A stretch of DNA of 64,000 nt from Chloroflexota bacterium (GTDB lineage Bacteria > Chloroflexota > Limnocylindria > Limnocylindrales > CSP1-4). Below the pieces are notes generated by a model that saw only the letters and a program-made list of their open reading frames with translations, made no database searches and was not told the origin of the DNA. Location: positions 63,129 to 127,128 of the forward strand of contig JAXLXC010000002.1 in NCBI GenBank assembly GCA_046328155.1, given 5' to 3'. Shown piece after piece: positions 38,856 through 49,235 of this stretch. A program made the translations under genes and the position numbers. The stretch's first letter is position 1; each line of letters begins with the position of its first letter.

Positions 38856-39001
38856 CGCGCGAACCTGGGGCGCGGCCATTGGAGAGGAGGTCGTGCGGTG
38901 TGGCGGCCTGGTCTGACCCGATCCCGGCCCCGACCCGTCCGTGGATCCTCTGTCGTGAACGAGTCACGGGTATCGATCGAATTCGGCGGAGGTTTCGTTC
39001 A

Positions 39002-39361
39002 TTGGCCTACACGGATCGGGGGATCACCTGCATCGACTGCGGCATGGAGTTCGTCTTCACCGCAGGTGAGCAGGAGTTCTACGCACAGCGCGGCTTCTCC
39101 GAGGCACCCAAGCGGTGCGCCTCGTGTCGCGCGACCCGCAAGGCACAGCGCTCGTCGGCCGGGGGGTCCGGCGGCGCGGGTGCAGGCTCGTATGGGGGGT
39201 ACGGGCAGTCGGAGGGTGGCTACGGCGGGTACGCCGAGCGGCGACCCAGGGAGATGTACTCGGCGACCTGCGCCGAGTGTGGACGGACCGCCCAGGTGCC
39301 GTTCCAGCCCACCGGCGCTCGGCCGGTCTACTGCAGCGACTGCTTCCAGAGCAAGCGCTAG
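39002..39361 (+). CDS. double zinc-ribbon protein with Gly/Tyr-rich linker
   Basis: GGAGG-N9-TTG at 39002. CIDCGMEFVFTAGEQEFYAQRGFSEAPKRCASCR, then GGSGGAGAGSYGGYGQSEGGYGGY, then CAECGRTAQVPFQPTGARPVYCSDCF. Confidence 0.7.
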   Translation: MAYTDRGITCIDCGMEFVFTAGEQEFYAQRGFSEAPKRCASCRATRKAQRSSAGGSGGAGAGSYGGYGQSEGGYGGYAERRPREMYSATCAECGRTAQVPFQPTGARPVYCSDCFQSKR

Positions 39362-39486
39362 GTTCCTGCTGGCCGTGACGCCTCGGGTCACGTGTGCGGC
39401 CAGCGACCTCCCGGACGGTCACCTGTCGAGGGCGACCGGCCATGCCCGGCGAGTGGCCCTGCCCGGTCGACCTATACTCCGACGCC

Positions 39487-40458
39487 ATGGCGGGTCGTGC
39501 GGATCCCGGGACGTCCAGCGGGCCCGCCCTCTCCGTGGAGCATCTCTCGAAGCGGTTCGGTGACCGGGTCGCCTTCGAGGATGTGACGTTCGAGGTCGGG
39601 CAGGGCGAGGTGTTCGGGTTCCTGGGCCCGAACGGCGCGGGCAAGACGACCACCGTCCGCACGCTCGGCACCCTCCTCGCCCCGACATCCGGCACGGCGA
39701 CCGTGGCGGGGCTCCCGCTGACGCCCGCGAACGGTGTCGGGATCCGGAGCCGGATCGCGGTCATGCCCGAGTCGCCGGGCCTGTACCTGCGTCTGAGCAT
39801 CCTCGAGAACCTCGAGTGCTTCGCCGAGCTGTACGGGGTGTCCGAGCCGCGTCGCCGCGTCGAGGGCGCCCTCCGGGCCGTGGGTCTCGCCGAGCGCGCC
39901 AGGGACGTGTGCGGCACGTTGTCCAAGGGCCTGCGGCAGCGGGTGGCCCTCACACGAGCGCTCCTGGGCGACCCCCAGGTGCTGTTCCTGGACGAGCCGA
40001 CGGCGGGGCTCGATCCGGTCGCCGCCCGGGAGGTCCACGAGCTGATCGCCGGGCTGCGTGCGAGGCGCGTGACCATCGTCCTGACCACGCATCGCCTGGA
40101 GGAGGCGGAGCGGCTGTGCGACCGCGTCGCCATCCTCGCCACGACCTTGCGGGCCATCGGTCGTCCGGCCGAGCTTCGTGACCGGCTCTTCCGTCGAGCG
40201 CTCGCGGTCAGGACCGCTGCCCCGGTGCCCGACCCGGACCGCGTCTTCGCCGACCTGCCGGGCGTCGAGGGCTGGCAGGAGGACGGCCTCGCAGCGTACG
40301 TCCTGACCGTGGCAGACCCTGCGGTGGCCGCGCCCGCGGTGACGCGCGCCCTGACGGCAGCCGGTGCCGATGTGCTGTCCATCGCCGAGGCCCAGCACAC
40401 GCTCGAGGACGTCTACCTCGAGCTGGTCGACCACGACCCCGAGGTGGCCGTCGCATGA
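39487..40458 (+). CDS. ABC-2-type exporter ATP-binding protein
   Basis: GPNGAGKTTTVR, LSKGLRQRVALTRAL, LFLDEPTAGLD. Confidence 0.85.
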   Translation: MAGRADPGTSSGPALSVEHLSKRFGDRVAFEDVTFEVGQGEVFGFLGPNGAGKTTTVRTLGTLLAPTSGTATVAGLPLTPANGVGIRSRIAVMPESPGLYLRLSILENLECFAELYGVSEPRRRVEGALRAVGLAERARDVCGTLSKGLRQRVALTRALLGDPQVLFLDEPTAGLDPVAAREVHELIAGLRARRVTIVLTTHRLEEAERLCDRVAILATTLRAIGRPAELRDRLFRRALAVRTAAPVPDPDRVFADLPGVEGWQEDGLAAYVLTVADPAVAAPAVTRALTAAGADVLSIAEAQHTLEDVYLELVDHDPEVAVA

Positions 40459-41177
40459 GCATCGGCTGGCGGCGCGTCCGGGCGGTCGTCCGCAATGAGC
40501 TCCGGGAGTACCGTCGGAACCGCTCGGTGGTGATGGCGATGGCGGTTCTGCCGCTGGTGTTCAGCATCCAGCCGCTGGTGGCGGTCCTGCGGCTCGGCCG
40601 CGACGCATCGGGCCTGCTGGCCCATGGGCACGTGTTGCTGTACATGCTGGGCATCCCGGTGCTCGTGCCGGTCGTGCTGGCCGCATACGCGGTCGCAGGG
40701 GAGCGCCAGCAGGGCACGCTCGAGCCCGTCCTGACGACCCCGGTCCGCCCGCAGGAGTTCCTGTTGGGCAAGGCGCTCGCGGCGCTCGGGCCGTCGCTCG
40801 TCGTGTCCTACGCCGTGTTCGCGATCGTCCTCGCCCTGGTGGGGCTCCTCGCCCAGCCGGGCATCAGCTCGGCGCTCGTCCAGTGGCCGGATGTGCTCGC
40901 CCAGATGGCGTTCACGCCGCTGCTCGCGACGTGGTCGATCTGGGTGGGCATCACCGTGTCGACCCGGGCGAGCGACGTCCGGGTGGCCCAGCAGGTGGGC
41001 ATGCTGGCAAGCCTCCCGATGGTGGTCGTCGTCGTGCTCGTGGCCCTCGACGTGATCCACCCCTCGTCGGGGCTGGTGATGGGGGCTACGACGCTGCTGC
41101 TGATCCTCGATCTGGCGGGCTGGCGGGTGGCCGCACGGCTGTTCGACCGCGAGCGGCTGGTCACCGGCGCCCGATGA
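40455..41177 (+). CDS. ABC-2-type exporter permease
   Basis: ATGA overlap with the ATPase gene. Six hydrophobic segments. Conserved GERQQGTLEPVLTTP loop. Confidence 0.75.
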   Translation: MSIGWRRVRAVVRNELREYRRNRSVVMAMAVLPLVFSIQPLVAVLRLGRDASGLLAHGHVLLYMLGIPVLVPVVLAAYAVAGERQQGTLEPVLTTPVRPQEFLLGKALAALGPSLVVSYAVFAIVLALVGLLAQPGISSALVQWPDVLAQMAFTPLLATWSIWVGITVSTRASDVRVAQQVGMLASLPMVVVVVLVALDVIHPSSGLVMGATTLLLILDLAGWRVAARLFDRERLVTGAR

Positions 41178-41313
41178 AGGCCGCGGCCCGGCCGATCGTG
41201 GAGAACCGGGACGCTTATCCACCGATCGCCCGATAAGGGTCGATGGCTACCGTTCGTGCCGCGCGTCACCCAGATGCGCTCGATGGACCACAGAGGCACA
41301 CGGATGGAGCGCC

Positions 41314-41505
41314 ATGGACACCGCATCGCCCGTCTCCCGTCCCGACCATGTCGTTCGCCTGGCGGCACTGCTGCTCGCCGTGGCGCTCGCCGCCCTGTCC
41401 CTGCTCGTCGCCCTCGGACCGAGCCTGGCAGACCTCCTCCAGCCAGCCGCGGATGACACGCTGCTGGGTCCCTTCCGGTGGGTGACCACGCGCGGCCTCG
41501 CGTGA
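41314..41505 (+). CDS. small hypothetical membrane protein (63 aa)
   Basis: GGAG 5 nt upstream of the ATG. One TM helix (VVRLAALLLAVALAALSLLVAL). Strongly G/C-biased third codon positions. No recognisable family. Confidence 0.35.
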   Translation: MDTASPVSRPDHVVRLAALLLAVALAALSLLVALGPSLADLLQPAADDTLLGPFRWVTTRGLA

Positions 41506-41512
41506 TCGATGC

Positions 41513-41538
41513 GGCGGTGGCGCGATCGCGCGACCGCC
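41513..41538. terminator. hairpin between convergent genes
   Basis: GGCGGTGGCGC-GATC-GCGCGACCGCC, 10 bp with one G-G mismatch. It lies between the stop at 41505 and the minus-strand stop at 41540. Confidence 0.55.
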
Positions 41539-41539
41539 G

Positions 41540-42328
41540 TCAGCTCCGCCCCGCGGCCTCGGTGCCGGCGAGCTTCTGGGCCAGGTACACCGGGATCACC
41601 GACAGCACGACCACGACCACCGCGACGACGTTGACGATGGGGCGCTGGTTGGGGAGCTTGATGTTGCTCAGGATCCAGATGGGCAGCGTCTGCTCCGTGC
41701 CCGCGGTGAAGTTGGTCACGATGATCTCGTCGAACGACAGCGCGAACGCGAGCAGCCCCCCGGCGATGATCGCGGTGCCGAGGGCCGGCAGCGTCACATG
41801 GCGGAAGGTGCGGAGGGCGTCCGCGCCCAGGTCCATGGACGCCTCCTCGAGCGAGGCCGACGTGCGGCGCAACCGGGCGATGACGTTGTTGTAGATGATG
41901 ACCACGCAGAACGTGGCATGGCCGATGATGATCGTGAGGAGGCTGAACCGCAGGTCCAGCGCGTCGATCGACGCCGACAGGGCGATGCCCGTGACGATCC
42001 CGGGCAGCGCGATCGGCAGGAGCAGCGCGAACGAGATCGCCTCACGCCCGAAGAACCGGAACCGATGCACCGCGAAGGCGGCCAGGGACCCCAGCACGAG
42101 GGCGATGAGGGTCGCGCCGATGCCGGCCTCGATGGACAGGATGAGCGCCTCGCGCGCCGCCTGGTTCCCGAACGCGAGCTCCCACCACTTGAGCGTGAAC
42201 CCCTGGATGGGCCATGTCTGCGTCCGGCTGTCGTTGAACGAATACAGCACGATGATGCCGATGGGCACGTACAGGAAGGCGAGCGCACCCAGGGTCGCGA
42301 TCCGGAGCGCCCAACGTCCCAGCATCAC
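41540..42328 (-). CDS. ABC importer permease (PotC-like)
   Basis: 262 aa, six TM helices, EAA-type loop ...LEEASMDLGADALRTFRHVTLP. Confidence 0.8.
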   Translation of the reverse strand: MMLGRWALRIATLGALAFLYVPIGIIVLYSFNDSRTQTWPIQGFTLKWWELAFGNQAAREALILSIEAGIGATLIALVLGSLAAFAVHRFRFFGREAISFALLLPIALPGIVTGIALSASIDALDLRFSLLTIIIGHATFCVVIIYNNVIARLRRTSASLEEASMDLGADALRTFRHVTLPALGTAIIAGGLLAFALSFDEIIVTNFTAGTEQTLPIWILSNIKLPNQRPIVNVVAVVVVVLSVIPVYLAQKLAGTEAAGRS

Positions 42329-43239
42329 AGGGACTCGAACGCGCCCGTCCGACGCGCCAGGAGCAGGTAGATGCCCATGATCGCGACCGGCACGAACGCA
42401 TACGCCGCGGCGAACGGGATGTTGCCGGCCACGCCCTGGTTGTCGTAGATCACGTTGCCGATGAACTTGGAGTCCATGATCAGGGGCGGCGTGATGTAGT
42501 CACCCAGGGTCAGGGAGAACGTGAAGATGGAGCCGGCCACCAGGGCGGGCACGGCCAGCGGCAGGATCACGCGCCGGAACGTGTGTCCCGGTCGAGCGCC
42601 CAGGTCCGCGGATGCCTCCACCAGCGACCCTGGGATCCGCTCCAGCCCCGCGTACACGGGCAGGATCATGTAGGGCAGCCAGAGGTAGGTGAACACGATC
42701 CACCCGGACATCTCGGAGAAGCCCAGGCGGAGCGAGCCGGTGCCGACCTGCTGCCCCAGCCAGTCGAGCGGGCCGTTGGGCTGGAGGATGACCCGCCACG
42801 CGAAGAGCTTGACCACGTAGCTCGACCACAGCGGCAGGAGCGTCGCCATCACCAGGATGCGGCGCGTCCGGACGGACGCGACGCGGGCCATGTAGTACGC
42901 GATGGGGAACGCGATGACCGCACAGGTCAGTGTCACGAGCAGGGCCATGACCAGCGTGCGGATCGTGATGGTGCGATACACCGGCTCGGTCAGGAGCATC
43001 TCGAAGTTCTTGAGGCTGAGCTCCTGGACGATCTGGGACGTCCGTGGGTCCAGCACGTAGAACGCCGACACCAGGAGCAACGCGAGCGACCCGAAGTAGA
43101 CGACGCCCATCCACCCCGCCGGGGGCGCCAGGATCGCGGCGAGCGCCGCACGCGGATGGCGATGCAAGGAACGCAGGGCGCGCCGACGCAGCCCGCCCTC
43201 CAGCGGCTGGTCGGGAGCGGGCGGCGCGGTGACGCTCAT
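42325..43239 (-). CDS. ABC importer permease (PotB-like)
   Basis: ATGA overlap. EAA-type loop LVEASADLGARPGHTFRRVILP. Confidence 0.8.
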   Translation of the reverse strand: MSVTAPPAPDQPLEGGLRRRALRSLHRHPRAALAAILAPPAGWMGVVYFGSLALLLVSAFYVLDPRTSQIVQELSLKNFEMLLTEPVYRTITIRTLVMALLVTLTCAVIAFPIAYYMARVASVRTRRILVMATLLPLWSSYVVKLFAWRVILQPNGPLDWLGQQVGTGSLRLGFSEMSGWIVFTYLWLPYMILPVYAGLERIPGSLVEASADLGARPGHTFRRVILPLAVPALVAGSIFTFSLTLGDYITPPLIMDSKFIGNVIYDNQGVAGNIPFAAAYAFVPVAIMGIYLLLARRTGAFESL

Positions 43240-43309
43240 GCGGGGATGTCAGGCATGGTGGAGGCCCGGAGCGCGATGCCCCGGGCCCCTTCCTCGCGTG
43301 GGAGGTGGG

Positions 43310-44551
43310 TCAGCCGCCTCGGATCTCCGTCCACTTGGCGGTCCAGGTCTCGTAGTCGGTGCAGGCCTCGCCACGGTCGTCGCCGCAGTCGACCAGCGGC
43401 GTCTTCCAGAACGAGATGCTGTCGTACACCGCCGGGTCGTTGACGCCGTAGGCGTCGCAGAAGCCAGGCAGCTGGTACGACCCGTAGCCGACGTCGAGGT
43501 ACTGGCAGGCCTTGGGGTTGGCCGGCGACTCCCCGAAGTACTCGGCGACCTGCGCCTGCACCTCGGGGGTGATCATCCACGCCATCCACTTCTGCATGCA
43601 GTTGGGATGGGGCGCGTTCGCCGACATCATCCAGGTGTCGGCCCAGCCGGTCATGCCCTCGCTGGGCACGACCGCCTCGACCGGCACGCCGCTGCCCTTG
43701 AGCGCGTTGACCTGGTACGGCCAGCTGGTGCCCACGATGGTCGACCCGTTGGAGAAGTTGTCGATCTCGTCGCCGAACAGCGACCAGTACTTGCCGACCC
43801 ACGGGGCCTGCGTCTTGAGCAGCGCCACCGCGGCGTCCAGCTGCTCGGGCGTCAGCTCGTAGACGTCGGTGATGCCCAGCTCCGGCTGGTGGGCCTTGAG
43901 GTACAGCGCGGCATCCGCGATGTAGATGGCCGCGTCATAGGCGGTGATCCGCCCTGCGTAGGGCGCGGCCGCGGTCTCATCGAACACGACGTCCCAGCTG
44001 GTGGGCGCCGGGGTGACCTCGTCGGTCTGGTACATGAGGAGGTTGCCGCCCCAGCCATGGGGGACGCCGTAGCGCCTGCCGCCGACGACGTAGTGCGGCG
44101 CGTCCTTGAGGAAGTCGGCCACGTCGTCGAAGCCGGGGATGGTGCTGGTACCGATGTCGGAGACGTCCCCCGCCGTGATGAGCCGGAGCGAGGCGTCGCC
44201 CGACGCCGACAGCCCGTCATAGGTCGCGCCACCGCCGCTCCGCAGGTCGGTGACCATCTGGTCGGAGGTGTCGTCGATCTTGACGTTGACCGTGCAGCCG
44301 GTCTGCTCCTCGAACGCCGTCACCCAGTCGTACTCGGGCAGGTTCTCGCCCCGCTCCACATAGCCGACCCAGGCGATCAGGTCGAGCTGGCCCTCCCCCT
44401 CGCCACCGACGGCGGACAGGTCGATGCTGGGCACGAGCGGGACCGGGAACCCCGCCGGGGACGCGTCCTGCGCGAGCGTGCCAGCGGGCAGGGCCGCGGC
44501 TGCCAGCATCAGGGTGGCGCCCGCGACGGACCAGGCTCTGCGATGTGTCAC
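43310..44551 (-). CDS. extracellular solute-binding protein (PotD/PotF-like, family 1)
   Basis: Signal peptide MTHRRAWSVAGATLMLAAAALPAGTLAQDAS. 413 aa. Located between the ATPase and permease genes. Confidence 0.7.
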   Translation of the reverse strand: MTHRRAWSVAGATLMLAAAALPAGTLAQDASPAGFPVPLVPSIDLSAVGGEGEGQLDLIAWVGYVERGENLPEYDWVTAFEEQTGCTVNVKIDDTSDQMVTDLRSGGGATYDGLSASGDASLRLITAGDVSDIGTSTIPGFDDVADFLKDAPHYVVGGRRYGVPHGWGGNLLMYQTDEVTPAPTSWDVVFDETAAAPYAGRITAYDAAIYIADAALYLKAHQPELGITDVYELTPEQLDAAVALLKTQAPWVGKYWSLFGDEIDNFSNGSTIVGTSWPYQVNALKGSGVPVEAVVPSEGMTGWADTWMMSANAPHPNCMQKWMAWMITPEVQAQVAEYFGESPANPKACQYLDVGYGSYQLPGFCDAYGVNDPAVYDSISFWKTPLVDCGDDRGEACTDYETWTAKWTEIRGG

Positions 44552-44588
44552 GACGTACCTCCTCCCGGGACGGCCCCCGGCCGACCCC

Positions 44589-45743
44589 TCAGGTGCCCGG
44601 TCGCTCGACCGGGCCCGTGTCCACGGGCAGCGTGTGCTGTCGGTCCCAGACCAGACGCACGCGCTGACCCTTGAGCGCGAGCACCTCCATGGAGGAGGTG
44701 GTCACGTTCTGCTTGATGACCTCCAGCTCGCCGCCGAGGTCGAGCCCCACGTGGTATCTGGTGTCCGAGCCGAGGTACACGACGTCCCGCACCGTCCCCT
44801 CGACGGCCACCGAGCCCGCCGGGATCGGCCCGCCTGCCGGCCCCAGATGGATCTTCTCGGGACGCACGGTGTAGGTGCCGGGGCGACCCGCAACCTCCGC
44901 GGCCACCCGTCCCTCGAGCACGTTCGAGGTTCCCACGAAGCCGGCCACGAACGCGGTCGCCGGTCGCTCGTAGACCTCGGCCGGGCTGCCCACCTGCTCG
45001 ATCCGGCCCTTGTCGAAGATGGCGATCCGGTCGCTCATGGCGAGCGCCTCATCCTGGTCGTGGGTGACGTAGATGAACGTGATGCCGAGCTGCCCCTGGA
45101 TGGCCTTGAGCTCGAGCTGCATCTGCTGGCGGAGCTTGAGGTCGAGCGCGCCCAGGGGCTCGTCGAGCAGGAGCACGCGTGGCCGATTGACGATGGCGCG
45201 GGCGAGCGCCACCTGCTGGCGCTGGCCGCCCGACAGCTGCCCCGGCTTGCGCTTCCCGTAGCCCTCGAGGCGGACCATCCGCAGCGCCTCGTCGACCCGG
45301 GCGCGCCGCTCGTCCGTGGGCACCTTGCGGATCATCAGCCCGTACGCGACGTTGTCAGCGACCGTCATGTGCGGGAACAGGGCGTAGTCCTGGAACACGG
45401 TGTTGACGTCCCGGTCATAGGGCGGCAGCCGCGACACGTCCCGCCCGTCGAGGAGCACCCGACCCTCGGTCGGCAGCTCGAAGCCGGCGATCATGCGCAG
45501 CGTGGTGGTCTTGCCGGAGCCGGACGGCCCGAGCATCGAGAAGAACTCGCCGGGCAGGATCTCGAGGTCCACCCCGGCCACGGCCGTGACCTCGCCATAG
45601 GCCTTGCGAACGGACTCCAGACGCACCGCCGGGATGGGGCGTGCGGGCTCGACCGGGCGACCGTCCGTGGCGACCGCAGGGTTGGCGACGACCGTCACGC
45701 GCTCCTCGTGTCCCGGGACTGCCGGGGCCGACACCGGCCTCAT
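44589..45743 (-). CDS. ABC importer ATP-binding protein (PotA-like)
   Basis: [38 protein letters not shown], plus a C-terminal TOBE-like domain. The start may be internal. Confidence 0.85.
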   Translation of the reverse strand: MRPVSAPAVPGHEERVTVVANPAVATDGRPVEPARPIPAVRLESVRKAYGEVTAVAGVDLEILPGEFFSMLGPSGSGKTTTLRMIAGFELPTEGRVLLDGRDVSRLPPYDRDVNTVFQDYALFPHMTVADNVAYGLMIRKVPTDERRARVDEALRMVRLEGYGKRKPGQLSGGQRQQVALARAIVNRPRVLLLDEPLGALDLKLRQQMQLELKAIQGQLGITFIYVTHDQDEALAMSDRIAIFDKGRIEQVGSPAEVYERPATAFVAGFVGTSNVLEGRVAAEVAGRPGTYTVRPEKIHLGPAGGPIPAGSVAVEGTVRDVVYLGSDTRYHVGLDLGGELEVIKQNVTTSSMEVLALKGQRVRLVWDRQHTLPVDTGPVERPGT

Positions 45744-45837
45744 CCCCGTCCGCGGGTGGCGGAAGGGTGCCGCGGCGGTCCCGGGCGTGTCAAGGCGCCC
45801 CGCGACCGGTTCCTCGTCGGCGCCCTACAGTGCGTGC

Positions 45838-46416
45838 GTGTCCGAGGCCGGCCCCCCCGCATCCCGCCGCCCCTCGGCCGCGCCGTTCGTGGTGGTGGCG
45901 GGCTTCCTGGTGGTCGCGGTGGTCCTCGTGCTCATCGGCGCCGAGCGGTCCGCGGCACCGGCCCCATCCATCGCGATCGCGCGGCCTGGCACGTCGGCGC
46001 AGCCGCGGGACGTGGTGGTCATCATGCGCGACTACCTGTTCGAGCCCACGCCGCTCGTGCTGGTGCCGGGCGAGACCATCCGGCTGACCGTGTTCGACGC
46101 GGGCCTCCAGCCCCACGAGCTGGTCCTGGGCGACGCGCGCTTCCAGGAGTCATGGGCCGCGGCGCACGCTGCCGCGACCCCGCCCGCGCCGTTCGCCACG
46201 CCGCCGCCGGCGAGCGTCCCGCCGGATGCGGGCGTGGGCGTCCGCGTCTGGGCGGGGTCGGGGAACCAGGCGACCGTGGCGTGGACGGTGCCCAGCAGCA
46301 GCCAGCTGCTGCTCATGTGCCACCTGCCCGGCCACGTGGCCAAGGGCATGATCGGCCAGGTGGAGCTGCGCGCCGAGCCGCCCACGGCGAGCCCCATCCC
46401 CTCCGGCCCGTCCTGA
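45838..46416 (+). CDS. membrane-anchored cupredoxin (type-1 copper protein)
   Basis: GTG 45838. TM helix FVVVAGFLVVAVVLVLIGA. Ligand pattern HELVLGD ... MCHLPGHVAKGM (His, Cys-x2-PGH-x4-Met). Confidence 0.6.
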   Translation: MSEAGPPASRRPSAAPFVVVAGFLVVAVVLVLIGAERSAAPAPSIAIARPGTSAQPRDVVVIMRDYLFEPTPLVLVPGETIRLTVFDAGLQPHELVLGDARFQESWAAAHAAATPPAPFATPPPASVPPDAGVGVRVWAGSGNQATVAWTVPSSSQLLLMCHLPGHVAKGMIGQVELRAEPPTASPIPSGPS

Positions 46417-46554
46417 GGCCTGCGCCCGGGGCCGCGCGTGCATGGCCACGCACGAACGGGCGTGCACGATAAGATGTCCCGGCGGCCCTCGGGCCCCGTG
46501 TCAACGTCGTCAGCATGTCCGTCGGAGACGACGGCCACGCCCCGGAGGTGAGCC

Positions 46555-46842
<288 letters not shown>

Positions 46843-46884
46843 CGGGTCGAGCGGCCGGGCACGGCCCGGGCCACGCCAGGGGCG

Positions 46885-48300
46885 TCAGGACAGCGTCTCG
46901 AAGCTGATCGTCGCGGGCCCGGAGTCGGGCGCCAGATAGCTGCGCAGGCCCTCCTCGAGGGGCGTCAGCGTCCGTGGCATGCGTGCCTGGAGCGGCCCGA
47001 GGTCCACCGTCGCCGGCTGGTTGATGAAGTCGATCGCGTCGGGCGTCAGGGGCGGTGACGGCAGCAGCGTGAGCGGCAGCGCCCCGAGCCTCAACAGCGG
47101 CGCGGGACCTGGCACGATGGGTCGTCGCAGCTGGGCCACGCGCAGCGCCGTCGCGATGATGTCGCGCATCGGCAGCGTCTCGGGGCCACCCAGCTCGAAC
47201 ACCTGGTCCGCCGCCGCGGGGTCCACCAGCGAATCGGCGGCCAGCCGGGCGACGTCATCCACGAACACCGGCGCCAGCAGCTGTCGACCTCGGTTGGTCA
47301 TGGGCACCACGGGCAGGCGGCGCGCGAAGCCCACGAACCGATTGAGCGACCGGTCCCGAGGCCCGTAGACCCAGGTGGGCCGGATGATGGTCCAGGTCGG
47401 CCCGGCACCCCGGACCGCCTCCTCGGCGCGCCACTTGGCGCGGAACCAGTGTCGCGTCGCATCGGGTGCGGCGCCCGCGCCGGAGATGTACACGATCCGA
47501 CGCACCCCGGCCTGCCGGGCCGCCGAGACGAGGCGCTCCGTGCCCGCGGCGTCCACCTCCATGAACGTGCGGCCACGACGCGGCGACTCGATGGGCAGGT
47601 TGGGGAAGGCGAGGGCGATGACCAGCGCATCCACGCCTTCGAGCGTCTGCGCGAGCCCGTCCGACGTGGCCACGTCGGCCTGTCGGAGCTCGACCGCGTC
47701 CGGCAGGGGGCCGTGCGACGCGTCGGCGCGATGGCTCAGGACCACCACGCGATGGCCCCGCGCGTGGCACTCGGCCGCGATCCCGCCGCCCACGAACCCG
47801 GTCCCCCCGGCCACGGCCACCGTCATGGGCGACGGGTTGGGTCGGACGGCCGCGAGGATGTCGGCGACGACGCGTGCCCGATGCCGGAAGATCCCCTCGA
47901 GCCTGGGACGGACGAGCGGGCCGTGGGCCAGGTCGCCCAGTCGCCCCAGCGGGAGCTCGTAGGTCACCTCGTCCTCCACGAGCGTGCCCTCGGGCTGCTC
48001 ATGGAACGTGTGCCGATGCTCCCAGGAGCGGTAGGGCCCGGCGGCCTGGACATCCACGAAGCCCTCGGGCGGCTGGTAGCGCTCGATTCGCGTGCGCCAT
48101 GTCAGCGGGATGCCCAGGAGCGGTCGGACGCGGTAGCCGACCTCGAGCCCCTCGCGCATCCCCGCATCCTGGGTCAGGATCCGGAAGCCGAGGTCGGGCG
48201 GGGTGATCCGGGCGAGGTTGGCGGGCTGGGCGAAGAAGGGGAACACCTCGTCGCGGGGACGGGGGATGACCTGGGAGCTGACGAGCCGGTGGCGGGTCAT
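46885..48300 (-). CDS. fusion of an SRPBCC-fold domain and an NAD(P)-binding epimerase/NmrA-like domain
   Basis: N-terminal ~150 aa: VIPRPRDEVFPFFAQPANLARITPP...YRSWEHRHTF. The rest starts with the Rossmann motif VAVAGGTGFVGGGIA. Confidence 0.65.
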   Translation of the reverse strand: MTRHRLVSSQVIPRPRDEVFPFFAQPANLARITPPDLGFRILTQDAGMREGLEVGYRVRPLLGIPLTWRTRIERYQPPEGFVDVQAAGPYRSWEHRHTFHEQPEGTLVEDEVTYELPLGRLGDLAHGPLVRPRLEGIFRHRARVVADILAAVRPNPSPMTVAVAGGTGFVGGGIAAECHARGHRVVVLSHRADASHGPLPDAVELRQADVATSDGLAQTLEGVDALVIALAFPNLPIESPRRGRTFMEVDAAGTERLVSAARQAGVRRIVYISGAGAAPDATRHWFRAKWRAEEAVRGAGPTWTIIRPTWVYGPRDRSLNRFVGFARRLPVVPMTNRGRQLLAPVFVDDVARLAADSLVDPAAADQVFELGGPETLPMRDIIATALRVAQLRRPIVPGPAPLLRLGALPLTLLPSPPLTPDAIDFINQPATVDLGPLQARMPRTLTPLEEGLRSYLAPDSGPATISFETLS

Positions 48301-48391
48301 GGTGCCGTGATGGTCCTCCGCGGGCGACGATGACGTGTGCGGGCGGCCCTGTGCAGGGCCGCCCGCGTGGTGTTCGAGCGCGGGCGCGTGG

Positions 48392-49126
48392 CTAGGGGGC
48401 CATGGACGCGGCGGGCGAGGCGGCCACCGTCTCGGCGGTGTCGACCGCCACGACCGCGGTGATCGTGCCGCCGGCCAGGGAGCCGATGGCGAAGACGCTG
48501 TAGACCTGCCCGGCGGCCACGTCCACCGCGCCCGGGTCGATGGGGCACACCGTGTGGTCCTCGGTCGCGCAGACCTTGAGGTCGTACGAGCCCGGGTCGA
48601 GCGGCAGGTACTCCGTGGCGTTGGGGTATGTCAGTCCGGCAGCGACCGTCGCCGCGCCGTCCTGGGTGAGCACGTCCACCGACGGCGCGTCGGCCGAGAG
48701 GTGGACGAAGCGGACCCACGCCGTGGCGGGGTCGCCGACGCCCGCGTCCGCGAGCACCTGCACCTCGATGTTGGCGAGGTCGTTGGTGGCCGCGATGGTG
48801 TAGCGCCCGCCAGCCTCGACGGTCAGCTCCGGGACGTCGATGGGGCAGACCGTGGCATCCGCCGTGGCACACACCTTGATGGCGTGCGGGCCTGCCGGCA
48901 CCTCGACGTACGGGCTCAGGGCGCCGAACTCGAGGCCGGCGAGGGGGGCACCCACCGCGGCGCCGTCGAGGGAGACGTCGACCGCGGGTGCGTCCGGGGA
49001 TGCGTGGAGAACCCGCACCCATGCCGAACCGCCCATGGCGGGCTCGGTGCTCGCATCCTGGGCGAGCGCCGGGACCGTCGTCACCGCGAGCAGGGCGGCG
49101 GCGATGGGGACGATGGACCGTCGCAT
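48392..49126 (-). CDS. secreted DUF4397-like protein
   Basis: GGAGGA-N6-ATG at 49126. Signal peptide MRRSIVPIAAALLAVTTVPALAQDAS. Two repeats of VRxxHxSADAPxVDV...AxxLxYxxxxxYxxxxxGxYxxKV. Confidence 0.6.
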   Translation of the reverse strand: MRRSIVPIAAALLAVTTVPALAQDASTEPAMGGSAWVRVLHASPDAPAVDVSLDGAAVGAPLAGLEFGALSPYVEVPAGPHAIKVCATADATVCPIDVPELTVEAGGRYTIAATNDLANIEVQVLADAGVGDPATAWVRFVHLSADAPSVDVLTQDGAATVAAGLTYPNATEYLPLDPGSYDLKVCATEDHTVCPIDPGAVDVAAGQVYSVFAIGSLAGGTITAVVAVDTAETVAASPAASMAP

Positions 49127-49141
49127 GTCCGTTCCTCCGTT

Positions 49142-49182
49142 CCAACCTTGGCTGCATGTACTGTGTTTGTCCAAGGTTTGTC
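49142..49182. promoter_or_regulatory. candidate CarH/LitR operator: inverted repeat plus 11-bp-phased direct repeats
   Basis: AACCTTGG (49144-51) and CCAAGGTT (49171-78) are inverted. GTTTGTC occurs at 49165-71 and 49176-82. TGT cores at 49157, 49168 and 49179 (ACA on the minus strand) are spaced 11 bp apart. Confidence 0.4.
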
Positions 49183-49229
49183 GAGAGAATACCCGCCAGC
49201 CAGCGGCCTGTCAATGGTTGGGACCCTGC

Positions 49230-49235
49230 TATCTT
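49230..49235 (+). promoter_or_regulatory. -10 element TATCTT 9 nt upstream of the CarH-like start (near-leaderless)
   Basis: TATCTTcgacagagcATG, with no Shine-Dalgarno before ATG 49245. Confidence 0.35.

Noticed and set aside
38879-39001. TTG 38879 as the start of a 160-aa zinc-ribbon protein
   Set aside because: The 41-codon extension has poor third-position GC (especially 38950-39001). The GGAGG-N9-TTG at 39002 fits the conserved protein start much better.
44424-46472. 682-aa ORF on the plus strand, with similar long ORFs at 49418..51913 (+) and 55987..57948 (-)
   Set aside because: All overlap well-supported genes on the opposite strand or in another frame (PotA-like, photolyase, ybaK/proC). 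They have nonsense-like Arg/Pro/Gly composition.
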